Source: Candidatus Staskawiczbacteria bacterium (lineage in GTDB: Bacteria; Patescibacteriota; Minisyncoccia; Minisyncoccales; Staskawiczbacteraceae). From it: 64,000 nt of DNA. The notes beneath the pieces are model-generated. The model saw nothing but the letters and a program-made list of their open reading frames with translations. It had not been told where the DNA came from and ran no database searches. The stretch spans positions 5,678-69,677 of the forward strand of contig JAPLYZ010000010.1 of NCBI GenBank assembly GCA_026395295.1, in the 5' to 3' direction. The translations under genes and the position numbers were made by a program. This document shows, one piece after another, positions 36,550 to 45,109 of the stretch; positions within the stretch are counted from its first letter, which is position 1; each line of letters starts with the position of its first letter.

Positions 36550-37416
36550 TTATCCTTCGGAAGAGAGACGCCTGTAAACAATGATAAACAAAACTATCAA
36601 AATAAGAGTTGCTATTATCCATCCATACCAGTGCTTTATAAATCCCCAAAATCCAGAAGATTCAGTTGCAGTTGCTGCGGAGTTAGAAACAGCGGCAATT
36701 GGCTTTGTTGTTGCTGGTTGCTCAACTGGTGGTACAACGGTTACCGGCACGTTCACGGGATTAACTTGTGGACAATAAGCAATATAATCAGCCGAACCAA
36801 CAGCGCAGGTTGATCCATCGCATTTTAACAAATTTGAGCATTCTTTTGCTAAGCACGTGTCTATTGTGCAACTGTTGTTGTCCTGACAATTTTTATATGA
36901 ACCGCTAATTACTCCCAAAGAATCAAGCCAATAAATGGAACTTCCTCGGCAAATTGTTGTTGAGTAGGCTGTGTAGTTATTGGCCGGTTGCTGAACGGGC
37001 TGTACTGGCTGCACGTAATTAACACATTGGCCATACTTACAAACCTGACTGCCTCCGCAAGCCTGGTACAAATCTTGCTGATTATTGCACGAGCTATACC
37101 AATAAATATTATTTCCCTGACAAAGCTTATAAGCGTGGTAAGTGCAGTTTCCGCTAACGTTGTAGTTATAATTATTATTGTTGTAATTAAAATTATCCTG
37201 ACAAATGCCATTAGCGCATCCATTCGGGCAGTACTGAGATAATTCCTGCTGGTTTCCGCAAGAATCATACCAGTAGACATTATTACCCGAGCATTTTCCG
37301 TAATAGTGGTTTGTGCACCCATAACTTTGAGCGTCAACAACACCAGGCATTGCCAATGCCGAAATAAAAACCACTGCCAAAAAAATACTTAAAATAATAA
37401 ATTTGTTTTTATTCAT
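36550..37416 (-). CDS. Secreted Cys-rich repeat protein with C-terminal TM anchor
   Basis: 288 aa. Signal peptide, three C-x-H-x-Y-x-x-C-x-G-N-N-x-YWY-x-SC-x-NQQ... repeats, Pro/Val linker, C-terminal TM. Confidence 0.5.
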   Translation of the reverse strand: MNKNKFIILSIFLAVVFISALAMPGVVDAQSYGCTNHYYGKCSGNNVYWYDSCGNQQELSQYCPNGCANGICQDNFNYNNNNYNYNVSGNCTYHAYKLCQGNNIYWYSSCNNQQDLYQACGGSQVCKYGQCVNYVQPVQPVQQPANNYTAYSTTICRGSSIYWLDSLGVISGSYKNCQDNNSCTIDTCLAKECSNLLKCDGSTCAVGSADYIAYCPQVNPVNVPVTVVPPVEQPATTKPIAAVSNSAATATESSGFWGFIKHWYGWIIATLILIVLFIIVYRRLSSEG

Positions 37417-37482
37417 TTTTATTTGTGCCTATAATTTTACTCTGTGAACCAATCAACCAACGGCTGACAAGCTCAATAAAGA

Positions 37483-37507
37483 AGCGAATTTTTAGGATAA
37501 ATTCGCT
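37483..37507 (-). terminator. Hairpin after the orphan 37535-38164
   Basis: AGCGAATTT-N7-AAATTCGCT. Weak T tract. Confidence 0.45.
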
Positions 37508-37534
37508 GAAAACCGTTTTGAAAAATTGCTCGAC

Positions 37535-38164
37535 TCACAACCTGTTCACGCTACGGGTCCAAACGGGTGCAGGACCACACGCTTCGGCGAGCACCACGCA
37601 CAGCTCGCGGAAAGTATCTACCCCAGCCACCACCCCCTCCGGTATTGAAATGGGGCTCCAGTATACGGACAGACGCATTGGCTCTTCCGCGTCCTTAAAT
37701 CGAACCTGGAGAAGGCAACCGCCCTTTCTCTCAAGGAGTTGTCCAACCGCTTCTGGTGCAGATGCAAAAGGCATCTTCAAATCCACGTTGGCCTTCCCAT
37801 TCTCGTCCAGAGTCACATGGAGGAGAAACGACTCTTCCATAACCTTACCGCCGTCTTTGACAATAGCGATAGCGACAACCTCGTTCCGCCTCCTAGGCAC
37901 GACCGTGAAGCTCAACACAGGGCCGTCCTCCGTCGACACGCTGACGGCGCAACTGGCGCCTAGCACCACCAATTTTTGGTCTGGCAACGAGGCTGCTAAT
38001 GTTACCGCCCCTTGATTCCCTTTCGCACTGATATGTTGATATGGTTGCATGTATCTACCTTTCCAACTGGACATCGTCCAGTTTTTTTGTTTTAATGTAC
38101 CGAACAACTTTCCCAGCGGGATAAGCTGTGCAAGTAAGTTTGCCACTTGCGAGGATAGCACCAT
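37535..38164 (-). CDS. Hypothetical protein, G+C-rich orphan
   Basis: 209-aa ORF, possibly starting at 38050 (MQPYQH, preceded by GGAAAGG). Has its own TTGACA-18-TATAAT promoter and hairpin terminator. The + strand ORF 37425-38015 looks like an antisense artefact. Confidence 0.4.
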   Translation of the reverse strand: MVLSSQVANLLAQLIPLGKLFGTLKQKNWTMSSWKGRYMQPYQHISAKGNQGAVTLAASLPDQKLVVLGASCAVSVSTEDGPVLSFTVVPRRRNEVVAIAIVKDGGKVMEESFLLHVTLDENGKANVDLKMPFASAPEAVGQLLERKGGCLLQVRFKDAEEPMRLSVYWSPISIPEGVVAGVDTFRELCVVLAEACGPAPVWTRSVNRL

Positions 38165-38180
38165 CTGATGCTATACATTA

Positions 38181-38210
38181 ATTATAGCATATGTCAAGCA
38201 CCATTGTCAA
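38181..38210 (-). promoter_or_regulatory. Sigma-70-type promoter of the orphan 37535-38164
   Basis: On the minus strand: TTGACA (38210-38205), 18 nt, TATAAT (38186-38181). The -35 box begins 7 nt downstream of an 11-mer copy. Confidence 0.6.
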
Positions 38211-38217
38211 GCTATAA

Positions 38218-38228
38218 TGTCGCACAAT
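38218..38228 (-). repeat. ATTGTGCGACA 11-mer, copy 6
   Basis: Exact copy on the minus strand between the uppS stop and the orphan-ORF promoter. Confidence 0.95.
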
Positions 38229-38239
38229 AAGATGCTTTT

Positions 38240-38929
38240 TTATTTGCCGAAACGGCGAGATCTGCGGTCAAATTCTGCCAGAGCAACATCTAGGTCTTGC
38301 TCGGTAAAATCCGGCCAAAATTTTGGAGAAAAATATAGTTCAGAGTAAGCAGCCTGCCACAAAACAAAGTTAGACATTCTCATTTCCCCTCCTGCTCGTA
38401 TGACAAAGTCTGGCGAAGGCAGTCCTGCGGTTGATAAGTGGTTTTCAATCATTTTTTCATCAATTTGGTTAGCGGGCGTCCCCTCTTGAATAATTTTTTT
38501 AACAGCATTAATAATGTCCCATTTCCCGCCATAGCTTATGGCTAAATTTAAAAAAAGGTTTGAGTTATTTTTCGTTGCTTCTTCTGTTTTTATTGCCGCC
38601 TCCTGTAACGATTTAGGCAACCTATCTCTTTGGCCTATAACCCTAACCCTAACCCTAACCCCGTCTTTGTCGTATCTGCTTAAATTATCTATTAAACACT
38701 TTTCCAAAAGATTCATCAAATAATCAACCTCTTCTTTGGTCCTGTTCCAATTTTCAGTTGAAAAACCAAAAGCTGTAAGAACTTTCACTCCCCTCTTTCT
38801 GCACCATTCGGAAAAGTCTAAAAGGTTCTCATAACCTTTTTTGTGGCCTTCTAGAGTGTGCAAGCCTTTTTGTCTGGCCCACCTGCGGTTTCCATCGGGA
38901 AATAAAACTATATGTTGTGGAATATTCAT
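38240..38929 (-). CDS. uppS: Undecaprenyl diphosphate synthase
   Basis: 229 aa. HIVLFPDGNRRWA, FGFSTENWNR, IRAGGEMRMSNFVLWQAAYSELYF. Confidence 0.95.
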   Translation of the reverse strand: MNIPQHIVLFPDGNRRWARQKGLHTLEGHKKGYENLLDFSEWCRKRGVKVLTAFGFSTENWNRTKEEVDYLMNLLEKCLIDNLSRYDKDGVRVRVRVIGQRDRLPKSLQEAAIKTEEATKNNSNLFLNLAISYGGKWDIINAVKKIIQEGTPANQIDEKMIENHLSTAGLPSPDFVIRAGGEMRMSNFVLWQAAYSELYFSPKFWPDFTEQDLDVALAEFDRRSRRFGK

Positions 38930-38975
38930 CGAAAATTATTCTAATTATTCTAAATTAGGTTAATTAGAAATTAGG

Positions 38976-39188
38976 TTAATTAGACATTTGCCGTATTTGG
39001 ATTGGCTCTTTTAATTGATACTTAGCCATAATGTACCCTGAAGCAAAAGCCGCTAAAACTAAAAGCGCGATTATTATAAGTAACATTATATCATTAAAAT
39101 ACAATTTGACAAAGGAAACAATTTTTGCTAAGATATTTTTATAGAAGTCTGAAATCATAAAAATATAAAAAACTAAAAACATGAGCAA
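38976..39188 (-). CDS. Small membrane protein
   Basis: 70 aa with two hydrophobic helices. Weak evidence. Confidence 0.3.
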   Translation of the reverse strand: MLMFLVFYIFMISDFYKNILAKIVSFVKLYFNDIMLLIIIALLVLAAFASGYIMAKYQLKEPIQIRQMSN

Positions 39189-39462
39189 AACAAAACAAGG
39201 AGGTTCGTCCAGATTGGGCAGGGATTCTGCCGCTCAAAGGCTTGGAATTAAAATTTCGGCTGGCGAAAAAGTTAAAGTTGGCATGATCATTATAAGACAG
39301 CGCGGAACAAAATATCTTTTGGGCAAAAACGTTAAAAAGGGTTCTGACGACACTATTTACGCCATGAAAGATGGTTTGGTGAAATTTTCCTCAAAATCCA
39401 AGAAAATTTTCAATGGATCACGGAGAATCGCCAAAGTTGTTTCAGTCGAGAAAGCCAAATAA
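39181..39462 (+). CDS. rpmA: 50S ribosomal protein L27
   Basis: [32 protein letters not shown]. Confidence 0.9.
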   Translation: MSKTKQGGSSRLGRDSAAQRLGIKISAGEKVKVGMIIIRQRGTKYLLGKNVKKGSDDTIYAMKDGLVKFSSKSKKIFNGSRRIAKVVSVEKAK

Positions 39463-39472
39463 CATCTACTTT

Positions 39473-39510
39473 AAAAAATCCGCCAAGATTACAAATCTAG
39501 GCGGATTTTT
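39473..39510. terminator. Bidirectional terminator between rpmA and pyrG
   Basis: AAAAAATCCGCC-N15-GGCGGATTTTT. Confidence 0.75.
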
Positions 39511-39513
39511 GTT

Positions 39514-41139
39514 TTATGCCTTTTGTTTTTTTATTGAGGCCTTGATAAAATCTTTAAACAACGGATGAGGTTCAAGCGGTCTTGATTTAAACTCCGGATG
39601 AAACTGCACGCCAACCATCCAGGGGTGGTTTTCCGCTTCCACAATTTCAACTAAATTTCTTTCCGGGTTCACCCCGGCTATCCTTAGCCCATTTTTTTCC
39701 AAAATTTCGCGATAATCGTTGTTAAACTCATATCTGTGCCTATGCCTTTCAGAAATCTCTTTAACTCCATAAGCCTTGCAACTTAAAGATTTTTCCTTTA
39801 ATTTTGCCGGACATGCTCCAAGTCTCATTGTTCCGCCATAGCTCTTTTCTTTGATTAACTTCTTCTGTTCTTCCATTGTTGATATTACGGGGTTTTTCGT
39901 ATTTGGGGCAAGCTCCGTAGAATTGGCGTCTTTGGTATTTAAAATTCTTCTGGCAAATGCTATTGTCATAATTTGCATTCCTAAACAAAGTCCAAAATAC
40001 GGAATCTTTTTTTGAAAAGCATAGTCAGCGGCCATAATCATGCCCTCGGTTCCTCTTTTTCCAAATCCTCCAGGCACAATAATTCCATCCATTTTATCCA
40101 ATTCTTTTAATTCTTCGGGGTTGTTTTCGTATTTCTCAGAATCGAGCCAGACTATGTTTGGCTTTCTGTTGTGCCACCAAGCTGAATGATTGATGGATTC
40201 AATAACCGAAATATATGTGTCTCTGCAAGATTTAAAATTAAAATATTTGCCGACTATGCCAATGGTCACCTCTTCTTTTATATTTTTAACCTTGTTGGAA
40301 AATTTGTTCCAATCAATTAAATCTTTCTTTTTTGTTTTTAATCCTATGGCTTTTAAAATTATTGAGCCAAGATTTTCTTCCTCGAAATTTATCAGAACAT
40401 CGTAAATAGAATAAACATCAGGGGCCGATATAATGCGTTCTTTATCTAAGCTGCAAACTGTGCTGATGGTATTTTTGATACTGTCAGACACGGGTCTGTC
40501 GGCGCGGCACAAAATAAAATCAGGAGAAATTCCAGCCGAGTTTAGTGTTCTGACAGCATATTGCGTGGGTTTAGATTTTTGTTCGCCAAGAAGCGAGGGA
40601 GTGGGCAAATAACTGACCAAAATGAAGAAAACATTTTTTGGTTCTTTCCATTTTAACATTCTGGCCGCCTCCAAAAACAAAAGCAATTGATACTCCCCTA
40701 CTGTTCCGCCAAATTCAACTATTGTAATTTCAGATTGGTTTTTTTTCTGGCAAGCCTTAATTCGCCTAATTATTTCGTTTGGAATATCAGGCACAACTTC
40801 AACGTCTTCGCCTTTGTACTCTAAATTCCTCTCGCGCTTGATTACCTCCTGGTAAACTTGTCCCGTAGTTACATAATTATCGCGGGTGCACACCTGGTCG
40901 GTAAACCTTTCGTAATTTCCTAAATCCTGGTCTGCCTCAACGCCGTCTTCCCCGACAAAAACTTCTCCGTGCTCGGCCGGCCTAATGGTACCCGCATCAA
41001 TATTCACATACATGTCGCACTTTATATTGGCCACTTTATACCCCCGAGACTGTAAAATTTTTCCAATTGAGGCGGAGGCAACACCCTTACCAACGCTCGA
41101 CATTACCCCGCCCACTACAAAAATATATTTTGGAGTCAT
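39514..41139 (-). CDS. pyrG: CTP synthase
   Basis: 541 aa. KYIFVVGGVMSSVGKG, GLCLGMQ glutaminase Cys, VGVQFHPEF. Confidence 0.97.
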   Translation of the reverse strand: MTPKYIFVVGGVMSSVGKGVASASIGKILQSRGYKVANIKCDMYVNIDAGTIRPAEHGEVFVGEDGVEADQDLGNYERFTDQVCTRDNYVTTGQVYQEVIKRERNLEYKGEDVEVVPDIPNEIIRRIKACQKKNQSEITIVEFGGTVGEYQLLLFLEAARMLKWKEPKNVFFILVSYLPTPSLLGEQKSKPTQYAVRTLNSAGISPDFILCRADRPVSDSIKNTISTVCSLDKERIISAPDVYSIYDVLINFEEENLGSIILKAIGLKTKKKDLIDWNKFSNKVKNIKEEVTIGIVGKYFNFKSCRDTYISVIESINHSAWWHNRKPNIVWLDSEKYENNPEELKELDKMDGIIVPGGFGKRGTEGMIMAADYAFQKKIPYFGLCLGMQIMTIAFARRILNTKDANSTELAPNTKNPVISTMEEQKKLIKEKSYGGTMRLGACPAKLKEKSLSCKAYGVKEISERHRHRYEFNNDYREILEKNGLRIAGVNPERNLVEIVEAENHPWMVGVQFHPEFKSRPLEPHPLFKDFIKASIKKQKA

Positions 41140-41199
41140 GTTCTTTGTTTTTGTTTATTATAGCAAAAAACCCAGCCTTTCAGCTAGGTTCTTTTGTTT

Positions 41200-41667
41200 T
41201 TATTCTTCTGATTTTTCTTCGGACTTTTCGGCGGATATTATAACTTTTATTTCTGGCTCTAGATTATGTTCTAAACTTATGTTTACCGGAAACTCTCCTA
41301 ATTCCTTAATTGGACTTCCCAATTTAACTTGTGATTTTTTGATATCAAATCCCGCTTCCTTTAATTTCTCAACAATCTTCTGGCTATTTATTGATTCAAA
41401 AAGCTGTCCTTCATCTCCGACTTTCACGACAATGCTTAATTCAACCCCGTCTAACCTAGAAGCCAAATCCTGGGTTATTTTTAATTCTTCTTCTGCGGCT
41501 TTTTCGATAACCTCTTTTTGATCATCGAGCCATTTTAAAGCGGCTTTTGTTGCGGCCCTGGCTAATTTTTGAGGCAATAAAAAATTTCTGGCGTGTCCAT
41601 TTTTTACCTCTTTTATTTCGTATTTTTTTCCAAGACCTTCAACATCCTGCAACAAAATTACTTTCAT
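41200..41667 (-). CDS. rplI: 50S ribosomal protein L9
   Basis: [36 protein letters not shown]. Acidic C-terminal tail. Confidence 0.9.
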   Translation of the reverse strand: MKVILLQDVEGLGKKYEIKEVKNGHARNFLLPQKLARAATKAALKWLDDQKEVIEKAAEEELKITQDLASRLDGVELSIVVKVGDEGQLFESINSQKIVEKLKEAGFDIKKSQVKLGSPIKELGEFPVNISLEHNLEPEIKVIISAEKSEEKSEE

Positions 41668-41699
41668 ATTATTTTTTTATTTTTAATTTATACTGTATT

Positions 41700-42920
41700 C
41701 TACTTCAAATCTTTTACTATTTCAAGAGCCTTATCTAATTGTGCATCCTTTTGGGGTTGCACAAGAGCATCTTGGTCTGTTATATCAACTTTTACGTCCG
41801 GAGTCAACCCTACATCTGAAATTGAATTTCCCTTGGGCGTTAGCCAGTTGGCGACAGTTATTTTAAGAAACGATCCTCCACGCAAGTCTAATACTTGTTG
41901 AACACAACCCTTGCCAAAAGATTTTGTGCCAACTAATTTTATGTTCCTGTTGTCGCGAAGCGCGCCGGCTAAAATTTCCGATGCCGATGCTGACCCCTGA
42001 TTTATCAAAATAACCATTGGATAACTCGCAAAAGCCGAACTGCCTTCTGTTTTGTATGTTTGCTGAGGTTTTGCATTGCCGAAATCTTCAATGGCAACTG
42101 GTTGTCCTTTTTGTAAAAACCAGCCGGCAACATCCTGCGCTGCCGAAAGGTATCCTCCCGGATTATCTCTTAAATCTAATACAATTCTTTTTGCCGGACT
42201 TTGCAAGATTTCGAAGGCAGCTTTTTTAAAATCAGCTGTAAGCGGTCCGTCGAACTGATAAATTTGTATATATGCCGTGTCGCCATCTTTCCCGCCGGCT
42301 TCGCCTGGCGAGGCGAGAAGCGACCATTCTATTGAAGGAACTTTTATTGTGTCTCTTATAATTTTTATATCCTTTGCCGTCTCCCATCCATCTCTGAAAA
42401 TATTCAAAGTTACCGTTGTCCCTCTTGGTCCGCGAATTAAGCTAACCGCCTCATCGGTGGCGAGGTTAGTGGCATCTTGCCCATTAATTTTTAAGATTAT
42501 GTCTCCTGATTTTAGCCCTGCCTTTTGTCCTGGAGTGCCCTTTAGCGGCGCTATGACAGTTAACAAATCTTTTTTAATGCCAACTTCCACTCCGATTCCA
42601 TCAAAGGAGCCGTTCAAATCTTGCTGAAACCTTTTTGCCTGCTCAGGGTCAAAAAAATTAGTATAAGGATCGCCCAGCGACCTTGTCATGCCATCTATTG
42701 CTCCGTAAATTATTTTTTGCTCGTCAATTTTTGATGGAGTAATAAAATTTTTCTGCAGCTTATTGTAAGCATCCCAAAAAAGTGAAAAATCAATAGTGCC
42801 TGGCTGAGGAACGTGATAAGCAATTTTATTTACACCCACCCAAGCTCCCAAGCAAAAAATACCGGCGAAAGCTATAACCAGAACAGCAGACCAAATTACT
42901 TTTTTATAACTCTTATTCAT
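41700..42920 (-). CDS. S41-family carboxy-terminal processing peptidase
   Basis: 406 aa. N-terminal TM, PDZ (GLKSGDIILKING), DLRDNPGG, GSASASEILAGAL, TKSFGKG. Confidence 0.9.
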   Translation of the reverse strand: MNKSYKKVIWSAVLVIAFAGIFCLGAWVGVNKIAYHVPQPGTIDFSLFWDAYNKLQKNFITPSKIDEQKIIYGAIDGMTRSLGDPYTNFFDPEQAKRFQQDLNGSFDGIGVEVGIKKDLLTVIAPLKGTPGQKAGLKSGDIILKINGQDATNLATDEAVSLIRGPRGTTVTLNIFRDGWETAKDIKIIRDTIKVPSIEWSLLASPGEAGGKDGDTAYIQIYQFDGPLTADFKKAAFEILQSPAKRIVLDLRDNPGGYLSAAQDVAGWFLQKGQPVAIEDFGNAKPQQTYKTEGSSAFASYPMVILINQGSASASEILAGALRDNRNIKLVGTKSFGKGCVQQVLDLRGGSFLKITVANWLTPKGNSISDVGLTPDVKVDITDQDALVQPQKDAQLDKALEIVKDLK

Positions 42921-42979
42921 GAAGATATTCTAACAAAATTTTTTTATTTCGCAAAGCTAAATATGCCGACTATTATTTG

Positions 42980-43480
42980 CTATTTTTGATTTTGATCGTT
43001 CAGATGCAGTAATTGGTGGTATCTATTCACTTCACCTGTCTTGTAATCTCCTTCATTTGCTTTTATTTCCTTAAAAATTTCCCAAACACGCATAACCTCT
43101 ATCCCATTTTTTTTAAAATATTTAATTGTTTCCTCCTCTTTCAATTTTCCACAAATAAACATTTTTTTATATTTGTTACCTATTAAACTTTTAACAACTC
43201 CTGTAATTTTGGGATTATTAAATTTTTTATCAATATAAGCCACAACGCCCACCTCAACTCCTGACGCATCCCGTTTTTTTGCCGATGGAGTTCCGCCGAT
43301 ATACCCAATTGGGTTTGAACTGCACTGAACCTCTATATGAATTGCATCACTAACTTTTTGGTTATCGTCCAATTTAACTGCCAAAATATCCACTTCGTTA
43401 ACGCCGCTTTTCAAATTTTTAATTAAAAAATATCCTTTAGAATTAAACCAGCCCGCAACAACATCCTCTATAATATCCAT
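42980..43480 (-). CDS. Hypothetical protein, possible PD-(D/E)XK-like nuclease fold
   Basis: 166 aa. NEVDILAV...IHIEVQC resembles a D...E-x-Q/K core. Weak. Confidence 0.3.
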   Translation of the reverse strand: MDIIEDVVAGWFNSKGYFLIKNLKSGVNEVDILAVKLDDNQKVSDAIHIEVQCSSNPIGYIGGTPSAKKRDASGVEVGVVAYIDKKFNNPKITGVVKSLIGNKYKKMFICGKLKEEETIKYFKKNGIEVMRVWEIFKEIKANEGDYKTGEVNRYHQLLHLNDQNQK

Positions 43481-43576
43481 AATTTTATTTTTTAATTATT
43501 TTATTAATTCATCAATGCTTACCTCCCGCCTACACCTCTGGCTATGGACGGGCACGCAAGGGCTTTCGCAGCCTCC

Positions 43577-43813
43577 TTAAATTTTTTGTCTTAATTTTTC
43601 GTATTCCTCAACGGATAACTCAATATCTTTTAAAATTTCTTTTAAAATACCAACGCTCAACTGTTCGTTTCCGTGAATTGGAACCGTTGTTGTTTTTCCT
43701 GTATTTTTATTAAAATAAAAATGATGACTGCCTTTTATTCTCTCCTCTCTAAAACCAAGATACAACAAAATCTTTATCAATTTTTTCGGGGAAACGGGGT
43801 TTAGTTTTGGCAT
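43577..43813 (-). CDS. hicA: HicA-family mRNA interferase toxin
   Basis: 78 aa. SPKKLIKILLYLGFREERIKGSHHFY...TTVPIHGNEQLSVGILKEILKD. Confidence 0.8.
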   Translation of the reverse strand: MPKLNPVSPKKLIKILLYLGFREERIKGSHHFYFNKNTGKTTTVPIHGNEQLSVGILKEILKDIELSVEEYEKLRQKI

Positions 43814-43818
43814 AAAAT

Positions 43819-44067
43819 TTATCTGCAGAAATCAATTTGCTGGACTCCTATAAATTCGTTTTGTCTTACATTATTATTAAAAATGTCTTTTTCAACCTCC
43901 AAACAAAGAGCCACAACTTCTGAAAGTCGCTTATAAAGCTCTGGCAATGTTTTTGCCTGTGTATAACAACTTCGCAAAGACGGAACTTTGCCTAAATAAA
44001 CGCCATTTTCATCTCTTTCAATAATTACCGGAAAATGGTATTTTTGTTTTTTGCTAATTTTTTGCAT
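43819..44067 (-). CDS. hicB: HicB-like antitoxin (UPF0150 fold)
   Basis: 82 aa. YHFPVIIERDENGVYLGKVPSLRSCYTQAKTLPEL. Ends 5 nt upstream of hicA. Confidence 0.7.
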   Translation of the reverse strand: MQKISKKQKYHFPVIIERDENGVYLGKVPSLRSCYTQAKTLPELYKRLSEVVALCLEVEKDIFNNNVRQNEFIGVQQIDFCR

Positions 44068-44136
44068 AATTTTATCTTTAATTATATTGGCTTATATCAA
44101 TTTTATATTACCAAAATTTTGCTAAATCGTCTAATG

Positions 44137-44208
44137 TGGACCTGGGGGGAGTTGAACCCCCAACCTTTCGCATGCCATGCGACTGCGCCGCCATTGCGCC
44201 ACAGGCCC
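44137..44208 (-). tRNA. tRNA-Ala (anticodon GGC)
   Basis: Hand-folded. Acceptor GGGCCTG/CAGGTCC with the G3:U70 alanine identity pair, anticodon loop ATGGCAT, T arm GGGGG-TTCAACT-CCCCC. 72 nt. Confidence 0.85.
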
Positions 44209-44282
44209 TAATTTTTTAATATACTTGTATTATACTTGTTTACAAATTTTTTTCAAGAAAAAAAATGGATAGTTCGTGTGAA

Positions 44283-45008
44283 CTACCCCTGATCTGCCAA
44301 TTCCAGCAGATTATTAGCGATTTTGTCTGTGATTTGTACGGAGTCATCTTCTCTGGAAAACTGCATAAATTTTCCGAGCCTGACCAAAATTGGTCCCCTT
44401 TTGAAACTGGGCCACGAGAACAGCCTCTTAGCAGGCTGATCGGGCGGATTTCCATTTTCCAACCACATAGTTAACACCGGAGCTTGCGTTCTTGATATCA
44501 ACCAGCCTACAGAACGTTTTAAGTCCCTAATTTTCTTACGCTTGCTCCTACTCCAACGAAAAATTTTCCCGGTACAGGTTCTCCCTCCTTCAGGTAAAAG
44601 CATCATTACTCTCTTGTGCTCGCTTGCAGTATCGAGCATCTTCCTGGCCTCTCTTACTCCGCCGTGTTCCTTAGACCTGTCCACCGATATCGCCATTGGC
44701 CGTAACCACGCCCACCACCACTTATCTGTAAAATTACGCCTGTCGGGCGTAAAGTATGGCGCGAGCCTCAAAGGATGCAAGGCTATTTGCGGAAAAAAAA
44801 TTGCAGGCACCAAAAAAATTTCAAACATGCAATCTAACAGATCCGGGTGGTTCGCAATTACTATAGCGCCGGGCTCTAACCTAGGAATTTCCTGATTAGC
44901 AATTTTGATTTTCCCAATCCACTTAAAAAATAAAAACACCGTCCTAATTGCCGGTCCAACCGTGTAGACCACCAACAAAATCATAGCATTTGAAAAAAAC
45001 TTTTTCAT
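44283..45008 (-). CDS. Lysophospholipid / 1-acyl-sn-glycerol-3-phosphate acyltransferase-like protein
   Basis: H-x4-D motif (NHPDLLD) and LLPEGGRT motif. Start at ATG 45008. Moderately elevated G+C. Confidence 0.65.
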   Translation of the reverse strand: MKKFFSNAMILLVVYTVGPAIRTVFLFFKWIGKIKIANQEIPRLEPGAIVIANHPDLLDCMFEIFLVPAIFFPQIALHPLRLAPYFTPDRRNFTDKWWWAWLRPMAISVDRSKEHGGVREARKMLDTASEHKRVMMLLPEGGRTCTGKIFRWSRSKRKKIRDLKRSVGWLISRTQAPVLTMWLENGNPPDQPAKRLFSWPSFKRGPILVRLGKFMQFSREDDSVQITDKIANNLLELADQG

Positions 45009-45075
45009 ATTTGTCCTTTCAAAGAGCAAACACTCCAGCTTATGGACTGTATTTTTATTCTACTGCGCTTCAACC

Positions 45076-45098
45076 AAAAAAGCGAGGCTAAACCTCGC
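45076..45098 (-). terminator. Terminator ending the 7-gene operon
   Basis: On the minus strand: GCGAGG-tttag-CCTCGC, then TTTTTT. Confidence 0.7.
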
Positions 45099-45109
45099 TT
45101 TGGATTGAC

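Noticed and set aside
37425-38015. 196-aa plus-strand ORF opposite the orphan 37535-38164
   Set aside because: The translation is Ser/Thr/Arg-rich and junk-like, with no promoter on that side. The minus-strand ORF has a consensus promoter and a terminator.
38640-38661. Telomere-like hexamer run (CCCTAA x3.5, i.e. TTAGGG on the coding strand)
   Set aside because: There are only about 3.5 units. It lies inside uppS and encodes GVRVRVRVIG, an extension of a normal UppS segment. There is no array and no terminal position, so it is most likely coincidental codon repetition.
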